Of a stretch of DNA of 64,000 nt, positions 1 to 9,308 are shown piece after piece. The stretch comes from Trypanosoma brucei (Eukaryota), in assembly GCA_000002445.1 (NCBI GenBank), contig CH464491.1, positions 3,168,001-3,232,000 on the forward strand. The letters run 5' to 3'. Below the pieces are notes generated by a model. The model saw only the letters and a program-made list of their open reading frames with translations, searched no databases and was not told where the DNA came from. A program made the translations under genes and the position numbers. Numbering within the stretch: position 1 is the first letter of the stretch; each line of letters starts with the position of its first letter.

Positions 1-1
1 C

Positions 2-3000
2 AAGGGAGTGATGCTTTCTATTCGCATTCCGGACCACTACCCCTCGGATCCCCCTAACATATTTATTGGCCCGCGCAAGCAGCAGACAGGAGGAATGTCC
101 ACCTTAGCTGTTTTACCGCTTGATACAAAGGAACTTCCAGCCGTGGCAAGACGATCAATACTGGATGCTGCTGTTGAAGCGATTAACGGATTCGTGGGCG
201 AGGGTTGTTTAATTGGGTTGCTTTCTTCAATTTGTGGCGCAATTTCTTCTGTTAGTGGACTGGGAGTAGTAGAACAACTTCCTACTCCCGCACCGTGTGA
301 GAGTAAGGAGGTAAAGGCTGTAATAGCCGCAAAGCGCCAGGCGTTCGCGTCTGCGCTGTCCGCTTCTGAGGATCCGTTGGCGTTACCCCCTGAGGAACCA
401 AGCTCGACGACGTGCTCACTACCAGCGAAGGTAGAGCTTGGTACTGTCGATCACAGCGATGACGAGGTCGGTCAAGTCCGACGGGAATTTCTCCGTAACA
501 ACAAACAGTTGGATGCGAAGCTCAAGGAGGAGTGGCAGGCTCTCAGAGCTAACGGTACCCTGAGAAACTCGCGGGAGCAGCTTCCCGCCTACAATGCACG
601 TGAGGAGCTTCGCCAGGCCGTGGCAAGGCACCGCGTCGTTGTTGTAAGTGGTGAAACGGGTAGCGGTAAGACCACTCAAATACCGCAATATCTGTATGAG
701 TTTATGTGTGAAGATGGGAAGGGGAGCTCTGCCAACATTGTGTGTACGCAACCACGGAGACTTGCGGCAACTTCCGTAGCACTTCGGGTTGCTGGAGAAC
801 GCGACGAAGCCGTAGGCGGTGTGGTTGGTTACACTATCCGTCTGGAAAACTGTGTGTCCAGTCGCACTCAAATTACTTATTGCACCACCGGTGTTGTGCT
901 TCGGCGAATACAGGTGGATAAATTTTTGGGTAGGGTCAGCCACATCGTTGTGGACGAGATTCATGAGCGTGGTGTGGACACCGATGTCCTCCTTATTCTC
1001 CTCCGTGACCTTCTCGAGCGCCGTGATGATTTGACTGTCGTACTCATGAGTGCGACAATGGATTCTGAGTTGTTTGCACGTTACTTTGGTGGGTCTCCTA
1101 TCATTAACATTGCTGGTCGCACATTTCCCGTCCAGGTATTCCATCTAGAAGAGATTATCCCAATGGTAAACTACAGTCTGGATGATGGTTCACCGTATGC
1201 CAAGTGGGAGGTACGAAAGGAAGAGAGGCGACGGAATACGCGGAAGCAAATGTTGGACATTGACATCAATGAGATTGAAGAGGCGCGGGAACTCACCGCA
1301 GGAGTCCATGGACCGTCAACACAACTAAGCGCATCACACAGGACGTTGGATATCCTATCCCGGATGAATCCAGACGTCATCAACTACGAACTGATTGAAT
1401 CCATTGTTGTGTACATCGATACCAAGATGGGTGTGCCAGGCGCCATTCTGATTTTTCTTCCTGGCATGGTGGAGATGACTTCGTGCATGGAGCAACTAAA
1501 GTCTAACCCGAAGCTCCTCAGTAGTTGCCTCATCTACAACCTCCATAGTTCTCTTGGGTCGGCCGAGCAACAGGGCGTATTTCAGCATCCACCCAAAGGC
1601 AAGAGAAAGGTGGTCATCGGAACCAACATCATGGAGACGTCCATCACCATTGATGATGCGGTGTTCGTCATCGATTGCGGGAAGGTGAAGGAGAACCGCT
1701 ATGACGCACGGAGAAGTTTATCACAACTGGTTACTGTGAACACATCCAAAGCTAACTGCCGTCAGCGGCAAGGGCGAGCTGGTCGAGTACGTGAGGGTTT
1801 CTGCTTTCGTTTGTTTACCAGCACCCAGTTCGAGTCACTCGACGACCATCAGCTTTGTGAGATGCATCGTGTTCCCCTCGAGAGTCTTGTTCTTCAAATA
1901 TATTCCCTTAATCTCGGTGATGAAGTAGAGTATCTTCGGAAAGCTCTGTCACCGCCAGATGAGCGGGCTGTGCGAAGCAGCGTCAAAGCCCTAACAACAC
2001 TTGGTGCACTGACTATGGACAAGCGTCTTACATCGCTTGGGCGGCACTTGGCCAACCTCCCGCTGGATGTTCGTATTGGTAAGATGGTCATACACGGTGC
2101 AATTCTTCAGTGTGTGGACCCAGTACTGACGATCGCCGCATGCCTTGCTGTGCGTACCCCATTCCTTTCGGCGATGGACTATCAAGTGGAGGTGGAGGGT
2201 GTGCGGAGAGCGCTCTCTGGGGATTACATGTCAGACCATTTATCTTCGTGGTTTGCTTATTCTAAGTGGATCGCGATGTGGCACAAGGAGGGCCCTGCTG
2301 GAGCGAGTAAGTTGTGTGCAAAGTACTATTTGTCTCTGCCAGCACTGCGGCAAATCCAAGCCACAAAGCAGCAGTATGAGCGATTTCTCTACGAGGCTGG
2401 GCTTATTGAGGAAACACCTGTTCGTATGAAGAACAACCGGTTCCTCTATGACCCAGTTGTCACTCTTGAAGACAGTGTGTACGAGTCGGGTGGACCCCGT
2501 TTCAACACCAACTCTGGTAGTGTGAAGTGCATTCTTTCGTGCATCGTCGCCGGCCTCTATCCGAATGTGGCGTGTGTGAAGACAGTGCGAGGTGGAAAGG
2601 GAGGCAACCGTACTAACATCACGACCCTGGACGGGTCGGAAGTTCTTGTTCACCCCTCCAGCGTTGCTGGAAAGGAAAAGGCGTTCGCCTCTCCACTTCT
2701 TGTTTATGTGGATAAGGTGAAAACTTCAGCCACCTTTCTGCGTGAAGTTTCAATGGTGACGCCGCTTCATGTCGTGTTCTTTGGGAGCGGCCGCCTCGAG
2801 TATCTTCCGAAATATGGGGAACTTGTCGTGGACGAGGCAACTGCTTTCAGATGTCAAAGCGAGGATGCTGTATTGTTACGGCACCTAAAGGATCAGTTGG
2901 ATTCAGCCCTTAGCCAAAAGATCAACGACCCGTCTAAGAGTTGGGAATCTACCAGCAGCGTTGTCGTTCGCGCTATTCTCAGGCTTCTGAAAGGTGACTC

Positions 3001-3277
3001 GAGCACTGTCCGTGGTTTAACAGTTGTCGACAGGCGCCAGCCACGCGCACCGCTGACTGCCCCGCTGCTGCAGGTCGAGTCAAGCGACGACGCACCAAAA
3101 AAGAAGGACGGCAGCGCCGACAAGAGGACATGTTTTGTGTGTGGTGAGGGCGGTCACGTGGTTAATACCTGCCCACATAAAGCAGCAGCAGCGAAGGGAG
3201 GACCCGTGACGCGCTGCTTCATTTGTGGGGAATGGCACCACCCGACAGATTGCGCAGTAACGACCCCCATGCGTTGA
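2..3277 (+). CDS. DEAH-box (DHX57/DHX36-like) ATP-dependent RNA helicase with RWD-like N-terminal region and two C-terminal CCHC zinc knuckles. The 5' end is truncated by the window edge (frame is open to position 2; no credible start, ORF track used GTG at 8)
   Basis: Helicase motifs are read directly in the translation: GETGSGKTTQIP (motif I), TQPRRLAA (Ia), DEIHER (II, DEAH variant), SAT (III), TNIMETSITIDD (V), QRQGRAGR (VI). N-terminal YPSDPP element is typical of RWD/UBC-like folds. C-terminal CFVCGEGGHVVNTC (CX2CX4HX4C) and CFICGEWHHPTDC knuckles. Stop at 3275-3277. Confidence 0.85.
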   Translation, partial: KGVMLSIRIPDHYPSDPPNIFIGPRKQQTGGMSTLAVLPLDTKELPAVARRSILDAAVEAINGFVGEGCLIGLLSSICGAISSVSGLGVVEQLPTPAPCESKEVKAVIAAKRQAFASALSASEDPLALPPEEPSSTTCSLPAKVELGTVDHSDDEVGQVRREFLRNNKQLDAKLKEEWQALRANGTLRNSREQLPAYNAREELRQAVARHRVVVVSGETGSGKTTQIPQYLYEFMCEDGKGSSANIVCTQPRRLAATSVALRVAGERDEAVGGVVGYTIRLENCVSSRTQITYCTTGVVLRRIQVDKFLGRVSHIVVDEIHERGVDTDVLLILLRDLLERRDDLTVVLMSATMDSELFARYFGGSPIINIAGRTFPVQVFHLEEIIPMVNYSLDDGSPYAKWEVRKEERRRNTRKQMLDIDINEIEEARELTAGVHGPSTQLSASHRTLDILSRMNPDVINYELIESIVVYIDTKMGVPGAILIFLPGMVEMTSCMEQLKSNPKLLSSCLIYNLHSSLGSAEQQGVFQHPPKGKRKVVIGTNIMETSITIDDAVFVIDCGKVKENRYDARRSLSQLVTVNTSKANCRQRQGRAGRVREGFCFRLFTSTQFESLDDHQLCEMHRVPLESLVLQIYSLNLGDEVEYLRKALSPPDERAVRSSVKALTTLGALTMDKRLTSLGRHLANLPLDVRIGKMVIHGAILQCVDPVLTIAACLAVRTPFLSAMDYQVEVEGVRRALSGDYMSDHLSSWFAYSKWIAMWHKEGPAGASKLCAKYYLSLPALRQIQATKQQYERFLYEAGLIEETPVRMKNNRFLYDPVVTLEDSVYESGGPRFNTNSGSVKCILSCIVAGLYPNVACVKTVRGGKGGNRTNITTLDGSEVLVHPSSVAGKEKAFASPLLVYVDKVKTSATFLREVSMVTPLHVVFFGSGRLEYLPKYGELVVDEATAFRCQSEDAVLLRHLKDQLDSALSQKINDPSKSWESTSSVVVRAILRLLKGDSSTVRGLTVVDRRQPRAPLTAPLLQVESSDDAPKKKDGSADKRTCFVCGEGGHVVNTCPHKAAAAKGGPVTRCFICGEWHHPTDCAVTTPMR

Positions 3278-3420
3278 GAACCCCCGGATGGTTCACTCAT
3301 ACGTGAGGTTCCCCCCTTTTTTCTACTGTTATTTCCCCATCGAGGGGGATGGGGACAGTCATACTTGCATGTGGCTGATGGATGGAGTAGTGAAAACATA
3401 ATTATCTCTACCGCCTTTTT

Positions 3421-3513
3421 CATGAATTTTTTTTTCTACTCGTTCTCATCTGCGTCTACCTTTTCTTTTTTCGGTATTATATTTCCATTTTTTTTTATTT
3501 GTTCGCCGTTTAG
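3421..3513 (+). promoter_or_regulatory. Polypyrimidine tract plus downstream AG: probable trans-splice acceptor region for the RRM gene
   Basis: About 90 nt of almost pure T/C, ending ...cgccgtttag, roughly 180 nt upstream of ATG 3698. This is the kinetoplastid SL-addition signal architecture. Confidence 0.45.
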
Positions 3514-3697
3514 GGTATAAAGCAAAGACGTCTTGGAAGAGATCGTGATTTTCCTGCCTTATTCGTACCATTACTGCACAAAGGGAGAGGAAACGGAACT
3601 CAAGTGACGGCTTTACACGATATCTCAAGTGTTCAAAAAGAAAGAAAGAGAAGAAGGTGAGCGCAGAAGCGAGCGGTCAAATTCACAGGTTAACACA

Positions 3698-4351
3698 ATG
3701 GCAGCTGTCACCCAGCAGGGGAATGACACCCGGAAGCTGCGATGCAATGTTTACGTAGCCAGCCTTCCATTAGATTTTGACGACGACCAACTCTTTGACC
3801 TTTTCTCCCCGTACGGCCGCATAAGCTCTGCGCGGATTATGCGATCGAAAGGAGCGCGACAATCCAGAGGCTACGGCTTTGTGTTATTTAGGCACGCCTC
3901 CTCCGCTGAAAAGGCGATTGACTCGTTGGTGGGTTACGTCATTGGTGGAAGCCGTATTCAAGTTCGACTGGCCCATCCGGAGGCCTCCGTTGCGTACAGC
4001 GGGCAGCGTGGATCCCGCAGTGGAAACTCAACGCCTGGTGCCCTTCCTGAAAAGACGTTACCGGCGGCCTCAGGAGTAATTACTCCACCACCACCGTCAT
4101 CTGCAATTATTTCGCACCCCAATGATTCTGGTATGATGGTTCAAACATACCCCATTACGACGATGTACCCAACTATGTACCCATCTGTCGTTCCGCAGAT
4201 AATCGCTCAACCTCAAGCACCCGTACCGGCTGCTATGCAGCAAGTTGTGTTTCTCCCGCAATACGCACAACAGTCAAACCAATCAACACCACCGACATTT
4301 TATATGATGGTACCAGACGCCATGCAGGCCGTTCCTCCTACGCTGTCGTAA
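3698..4351 (+). CDS. Single-RRM RNA-binding protein with Q/P/Y/M-rich low-complexity C-terminus. The ATG at 3698 is preferred over the ORF-track start at 3629, whose extra 23 codons translate an A/G-rich leader.
   Basis: RNP2-like NVYVASLP and RNP1 RGYGFVLF spaced as in canonical RRMs. C-terminal half is PPPSS / MYPTMYP / QPQAPVPAAMQQ low complexity. Preceded by a long polypyrimidine tract (3421-3513). Confidence 0.75.
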   Translation: MAAVTQQGNDTRKLRCNVYVASLPLDFDDDQLFDLFSPYGRISSARIMRSKGARQSRGYGFVLFRHASSAEKAIDSLVGYVIGGSRIQVRLAHPEASVAYSGQRGSRSGNSTPGALPEKTLPAASGVITPPPPSSAIISHPNDSGMMVQTYPITTMYPTMYPSVVPQIIAQPQAPVPAAMQQVVFLPQYAQQSNQSTPPTFYMMVPDAMQAVPPTLS

Positions 4352-7006
4352 AGGGAGGACTATCTGAAGTAGAAGGTCCCCTCCGTGTTATTACAATCGG
4401 GAATATCTCCACTTTCTTTCTTTCCTCTTTTTTCTTGCTTATTTTACTTCTTTTACCTTCCACCCATCTTTCCATTCACACCATTTTTTTTTTCCGCGCA
4501 TTTTTCTTTCTTCCTTCTCCTTGATTTTTTTTTTGTTGCTCTCCGTCTCTCAGGCAGAGTCTGGTGTAATCGGACCAATTTACGGTTAAAATCAGCCGAT
4601 GGGCGAGATGAAACACTTATGAACGACGTATGTTTATGTTCCTATATGAATTAATATATGCACATTTGCATTATTAAATTTCTTCTCTCCCGCACGCAGG
4701 CACGCACACACGTTGGGATGTGCATGTAGTTGTGAGGATGGTTCTTCCAAACCTTTAGGAACTGAGGGAGGGGGGAAATGATGCATTTTCTAAATATAAT
4801 TATGGGGATACATCCATACGATGTGACACGAGTGAAGAAGCAAAAGAGAGAGAGGGGGGAGGAAGGAAAAGAAAAAGAGAGAAAAGGAAACAAGAGGACA
4901 TACTCACACACATGCAAAACAACAACAACCACATTAAAAAAAAAAAGAAACGGTCATTCCGCCGTGTTTTTTTTTCTTTTCGCTTTTGTTGTGCGGCTGT
5001 TTCCAACAACTCCCTTCTGCTCCTCCTCCTCCTCCTCTAATTCCCTTTCTTTCCTTCCCCTCTTTCTTTTCCCTCTACTCCTCTTTCTTCTTGTTTTTGT
5101 TTCTATTTTGTTTCCATTTTTTTTTTCCTTTTTATGACTCATGCATATGTGTGATGAAAAAGAGGGGAAAGATATTAAATGATATATAATATATAATACT
5201 TTTGACGGAAGAGAAAAAGAAAGAACAACAACCTGTTGCACAAAGTGGCAACTTCTATTAATAAATAACAGCAAACCATTTAAGGAAGAGAGATGAAGTA
5301 AAAGCAAAGTAATAACAGTATAATAATATTGCTTTGAAACAAAGGAAGAAGGAAAGGAAGCAGAAACAACAAAGAGGGATTTGAGAATTGAGAAATACAG
5401 GTAACACTACTAGTGTTACTATTTTGTGATTACATGGCATATTTATTATATCTTTGCACATATCAGCAGCAGGCCACCTGCCTGTCTTTTTTTTTCTTTT
5501 TCTTTTTTCTTTTTTTTTGCTGCTGTCGTTGCTCTTTTTTTTTTCCCCCACTCCTCTTTTCTTTTTGTTTATATTATAATTTATTTATTTTTATACGCTC
5601 CGTTTCCTCTTTTTTATTGTCTGTTTTTTAAGAAAAAAAAATATAATGGAGTTAAATAAAGAAAGAGGAATGAAAGTGTTTGAGAAAATAAGGAACACGC
5701 GGATTTGGAGGAAATGAATGGATGAATGGAAAAAGGAGGAAAAGGAAAAAAAGGCAGGAAAAAACTGTCGCGTGAGTGTTAATTTTTTTTATTAAAAAAA
5801 AAAAGCAATCAAATAAATTAACAAAACTAAAAAAATTGTGTAATTGAGAGAAAAAGTATAAACAGATCCGTAATACCTGAAACTATCAATGGCGATAACC
5901 AAAAAACAACTTTTAAAAGGTCTCTCTTTTTCTTTTCTTCTTCTTCTTTTTTCTTTCTTTTTTTTTAAAAAAAAGGAGAGGAAAATAAGTGAAGTTAAAG
6001 GAGAGGAAAATAAGGAGAAGGAGAAGGAGGAGAGGAGGATGGGAGAAGGAGGAGGAAAAAAAAAAAAAAGAGACAGGAAGACGGGTTAAACAGTGGAAGA
6101 ATGGAAAAGGTTGTTTTTTTTTTTTTACTTTTTGCATAAATCGTGCCGATAATTAATTAATTTTTTTTTTCGTTTTAAAAAGAAAAAAAAATCAAACGCG
6201 GTGAATAAATGGGGATAGACGCAGAAAAAGTAAAAGTAAAAGATATAAATGACGTGTGTGCGTGTGTGTATGTGTGTATGAGGAAAGTAACAAGAAGTGG
6301 CAGGCAAAATTGTAAACAAATAAATAATTATAAATAAACGGAAAGAAGAAAGATAATAAAGAGGGAAGTGGAAAGCTGTCAAATGCACTCCCTTTTTTTA
6401 TTTTTATTTTTCTTTTTCCTGTTTTGTTTTACATGTATGCGTGGAATGCTTACTTCGCGCGGATAACTCTTTTTATCCTATCTCTCTCTCTTTTTTCTCC
6501 GTTTTTTTTTTACCTCCTTTTTGATATTATCATTATTATTAATACTATGATGATTGTCGTGACTATAATGATTATTATTTTTATGATTTAATAGCCAGCG
6601 GTCCTCACACTAAAATATGCGAAAAAAAAAAGCGTTAATAAGTAAGGAGGTAAATAAAAATTGAAAAAAAAGAAACAGACGAAAATCATAAAATGAAGGT
6701 AACAAAAAAAAAATGTACGAGGGAATGCCAACAACATCAGCACACACGCGCAAACAAAAAAAAACAGTTGGGGATATGTTTGTTTGTTTGTGTATGTGTT
6801 TGTGTGTGGGGGGGGAGGGAAGGGGAGAAGCAAATAGCGATCCCATTGCAAGTATATGACATCACCCATTTTCCTATAATAATAATAATTATTATTATTT
6901 GTATTTGTGTTTGTGTTTGTGCTTTTGTTCATTCCCTCGTTTTCCTACTTGCGTTTGTTCCTGTTCTTGTTCTTGCTTTTTTTTTCTTTTCTCATCTTTT
7001 CTACCT

Positions 7007-7042
7007 CCTCCTCCTCCTCCTCATTATTATTATTATTATTAC
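7007..7042. repeat. (CTC)6 immediately followed by (ATT)6 trinucleotide repeats
   Basis: Direct read: ctcctcctcctcctcctc attattattattattatt. Confidence 0.85.
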
Positions 7043-8424
7043 CGAATTCTCTCTTCATTTTGTATGCGTGTATGCGTATGTATGCATGCGCCTCTATTTT
7101 AATGTTTGTGTTGAATTCAAATGAATTCACCCATGCCGTATTTGTGCCCCACCCCTTTTTATGCCGTGTGCTTGTATGAGTTCGTATAATTTTTTTTGTT
7201 TACATCCATATAAATATAAATTATATTTATATTTATACGCTTGCATTATTCCCAAAAGAAAAAAAAATGCCGTATTTATTTATGATATTCGTTTAACAAT
7301 GTGCTTGATTGTTTCAATTTCTTTCTCTTACTTTCCTCTGTGTGTGTGTGTTTGTGTTTCTTCAACTTTCTGCTAGTGGCTTCGCTCCTTTATTTTCTTC
7401 CTTTTATTTTTCTTCTTTTTTTTTGTTTTGTTTTCACTTCCACTTTTTATTTCATTGAATGTGTCCCTTTTTTTGGCAGGTAACATATGGGAATATTTAT
7501 TGGGAAATAAGAGAAGAACAAAAAAGTGGTGTAGAAAACATTATTGAAACCAAAAGGAGAAATTTAAAGTAACGAAAAAGAAGGAACGTGGAAAGCGAGT
7601 TAAAGGTATCACTTTTTAAAAATTTTTTTTTAAAAAAAGAAGAGGGAAAATGAAACAAAATATAAAATAAATCAGGTAAACAACAACAACAACATCATCA
7701 TCAAAAAAAAAGCAACATTAAACAAAGAGGGAGATAAAGAAGGGGGAGAAAAGAGGAGGTTCAATGAAGAATTATGAGCATTTTTTCCTTTTTTTAAAAA
7801 AAAGACCTAAAATCTTCTTTAAAATTTTACTTTCATTCATTTTTTTTTACTTTTTTCTTTTCTAAATAGCAGTGTGGAAAAATCAGTGCACATATTTTTC
7901 GAATTGTTTCAAAGTGAAGACAGCAAAAAAAGAGAGAAAGGAAATATTCTAAAAAGAAGAGATAATAAGAAAAAAATGAAAAAAGGAAGGATATAGTGCC
8001 TGATGTGCTCACCGAAATCGACCAAGTAATAATAATAATAATGAAAATAATCCGAATATGAAGATGACATATTAAATATTAAATATTAAAAAAAAATATA
8101 TATATATATCTTTACAGTGACTATTCCTCTTTTCCCCCTCCCTTCTTACTACTTCGAAACAACAACAACAACAACAAAGAAAAACACTCTGTGGAAACAG
8201 GAAGAAGAAAAAAAGAAACACACGTACTGCAACACATGGAAATGTTCAGAAGAACAAATCATATAAACATATATTTATTTATTTAAAATATTGTTAGTAA
8301 CATGAGCGTAAACACACAAGCGAATGGTTAAAAGGCAATGATGATAACACAGTAGGAAATGAAGCAAATGTGTAGGCGTACCCATGCTATAAAGAGGGAA
8401 AGTAAAAGTGATGATTTTGCTCTT

Positions 8425-8470
8425 TTGTCTTTTGTCTTTTGTCTTTTTTGTTTTCTTTTTGTCTTTTTTG
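8425..8470. repeat. Imperfect (TGTCTTTT)n tandem repeat
   Basis: Direct read: ttgtcttttgtcttttgtcttttttgttttctttttgtcttttttgttttg. Confidence 0.8.
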
Positions 8471-8771
8471 TTTTGTGAGTGTGTGTGTTGTTAAACAAAT
8501 TATAAAATAAAGCAGATGCGGCGAAAAAAAAAATGGGAAGAATGAAAGAAAGGAATATATATATATATATATATATTTATGTTTATTTATGTTTATGCTC
8601 ATACATCTGAGAACGGGTGGAAAAGGGATTACAAATGGTGGCATCGAGTATTTTTCAAAGCAGGAGGCAAATTGCGGGAAGAAGAAGGGATATGAGGGGG
8701 TGGGTTTGCGGAGAAATTTGTGTGTATATATGTGCTAAAAAAGACAAAAACAAGAACAAAAAACTGCAAAT

Positions 8772-8774
<3 letters not shown>

Positions 8775-8818
<44 letters not shown>
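8775..8818. repeat. (TA)n microsatellite, about 22 units, followed by (TTTA)n at 8819-8836
   Basis: Direct read: atatatat... from 8775 to 8818, then atttatttatttat. Confidence 0.9.
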
Positions 8819-8822
<4 letters not shown>

Positions 8823-9255
8823 TTATTTATTTATATCTATGTTTCAATATTTTCGCATATTTATATGTGACCTTGATCTCTCTGAGTTTATTCTGTGTAT
8901 ACAATTAGCATATGTATATTATATGTTAGTTTGCTGGCTTAACTCGCTTCGTTTATATTTGTAACTTTCCTCTTTTGTTTGTTTGTTTGTTGCGGAAGGG
9001 AATTTGACTGGACGTGTCCGTCTTTTTGTTTTTGTTTGCAACTGTTCTTTTTTGTGTGTTTCTTATTTAATTACTTTTTGACTGTGTATTTGTGTGGATA
9101 TTTATACGCAAATATCTATATCTATATATATGTATTTATATACATATGAACTTATATGAGTATAAATATAAATTTGAATGAGAATGAATAGACACGAAAA
9201 GAGCCATTATGTTGAAGTAAGTAAGCCGAACCCAGATGAAATTATATAGGGTGAG

Positions 9256-9308
9256 AAGGGTTGGAAATAATAATAATAATAATAATAATATATATATATA
9301 TATATATA
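9256..9308. repeat. (AAT)8 followed by (TA)n, about 12 units
   Basis: Direct read: aataataataataataataata then tatatatatatatatatatataat. Confidence 0.85.

Noticed and set aside
419-1144. 241-aa ORF on the minus strand
   Set aside because: Fully embedded antisense within the DEAH helicase CDS, with no domain. It is an antisense artefact of a GC-biased coding region. The same applies to minus-strand ORFs 14762..15403, 14863..15276, 21864..22397, 37986..38621, 41739..42164, 42350..42796, 42857..43315 and 44161..44778, which overlap confirmed + strand genes.
6693-7124. ORFs of 60-220 aa inside the 9.7 kb desert and other spacers (e.g. 6693..7124, 9236..9640, 10842..11366, 12749..13138, 23515..24006, 24629..25291)
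   Set aside because: Their translations are poly-F/L/I/K/E/C strings produced by T-runs, A-runs and di/trinucleotide repeats. They have no start-codon context and no complexity, and occur equally on both strands.
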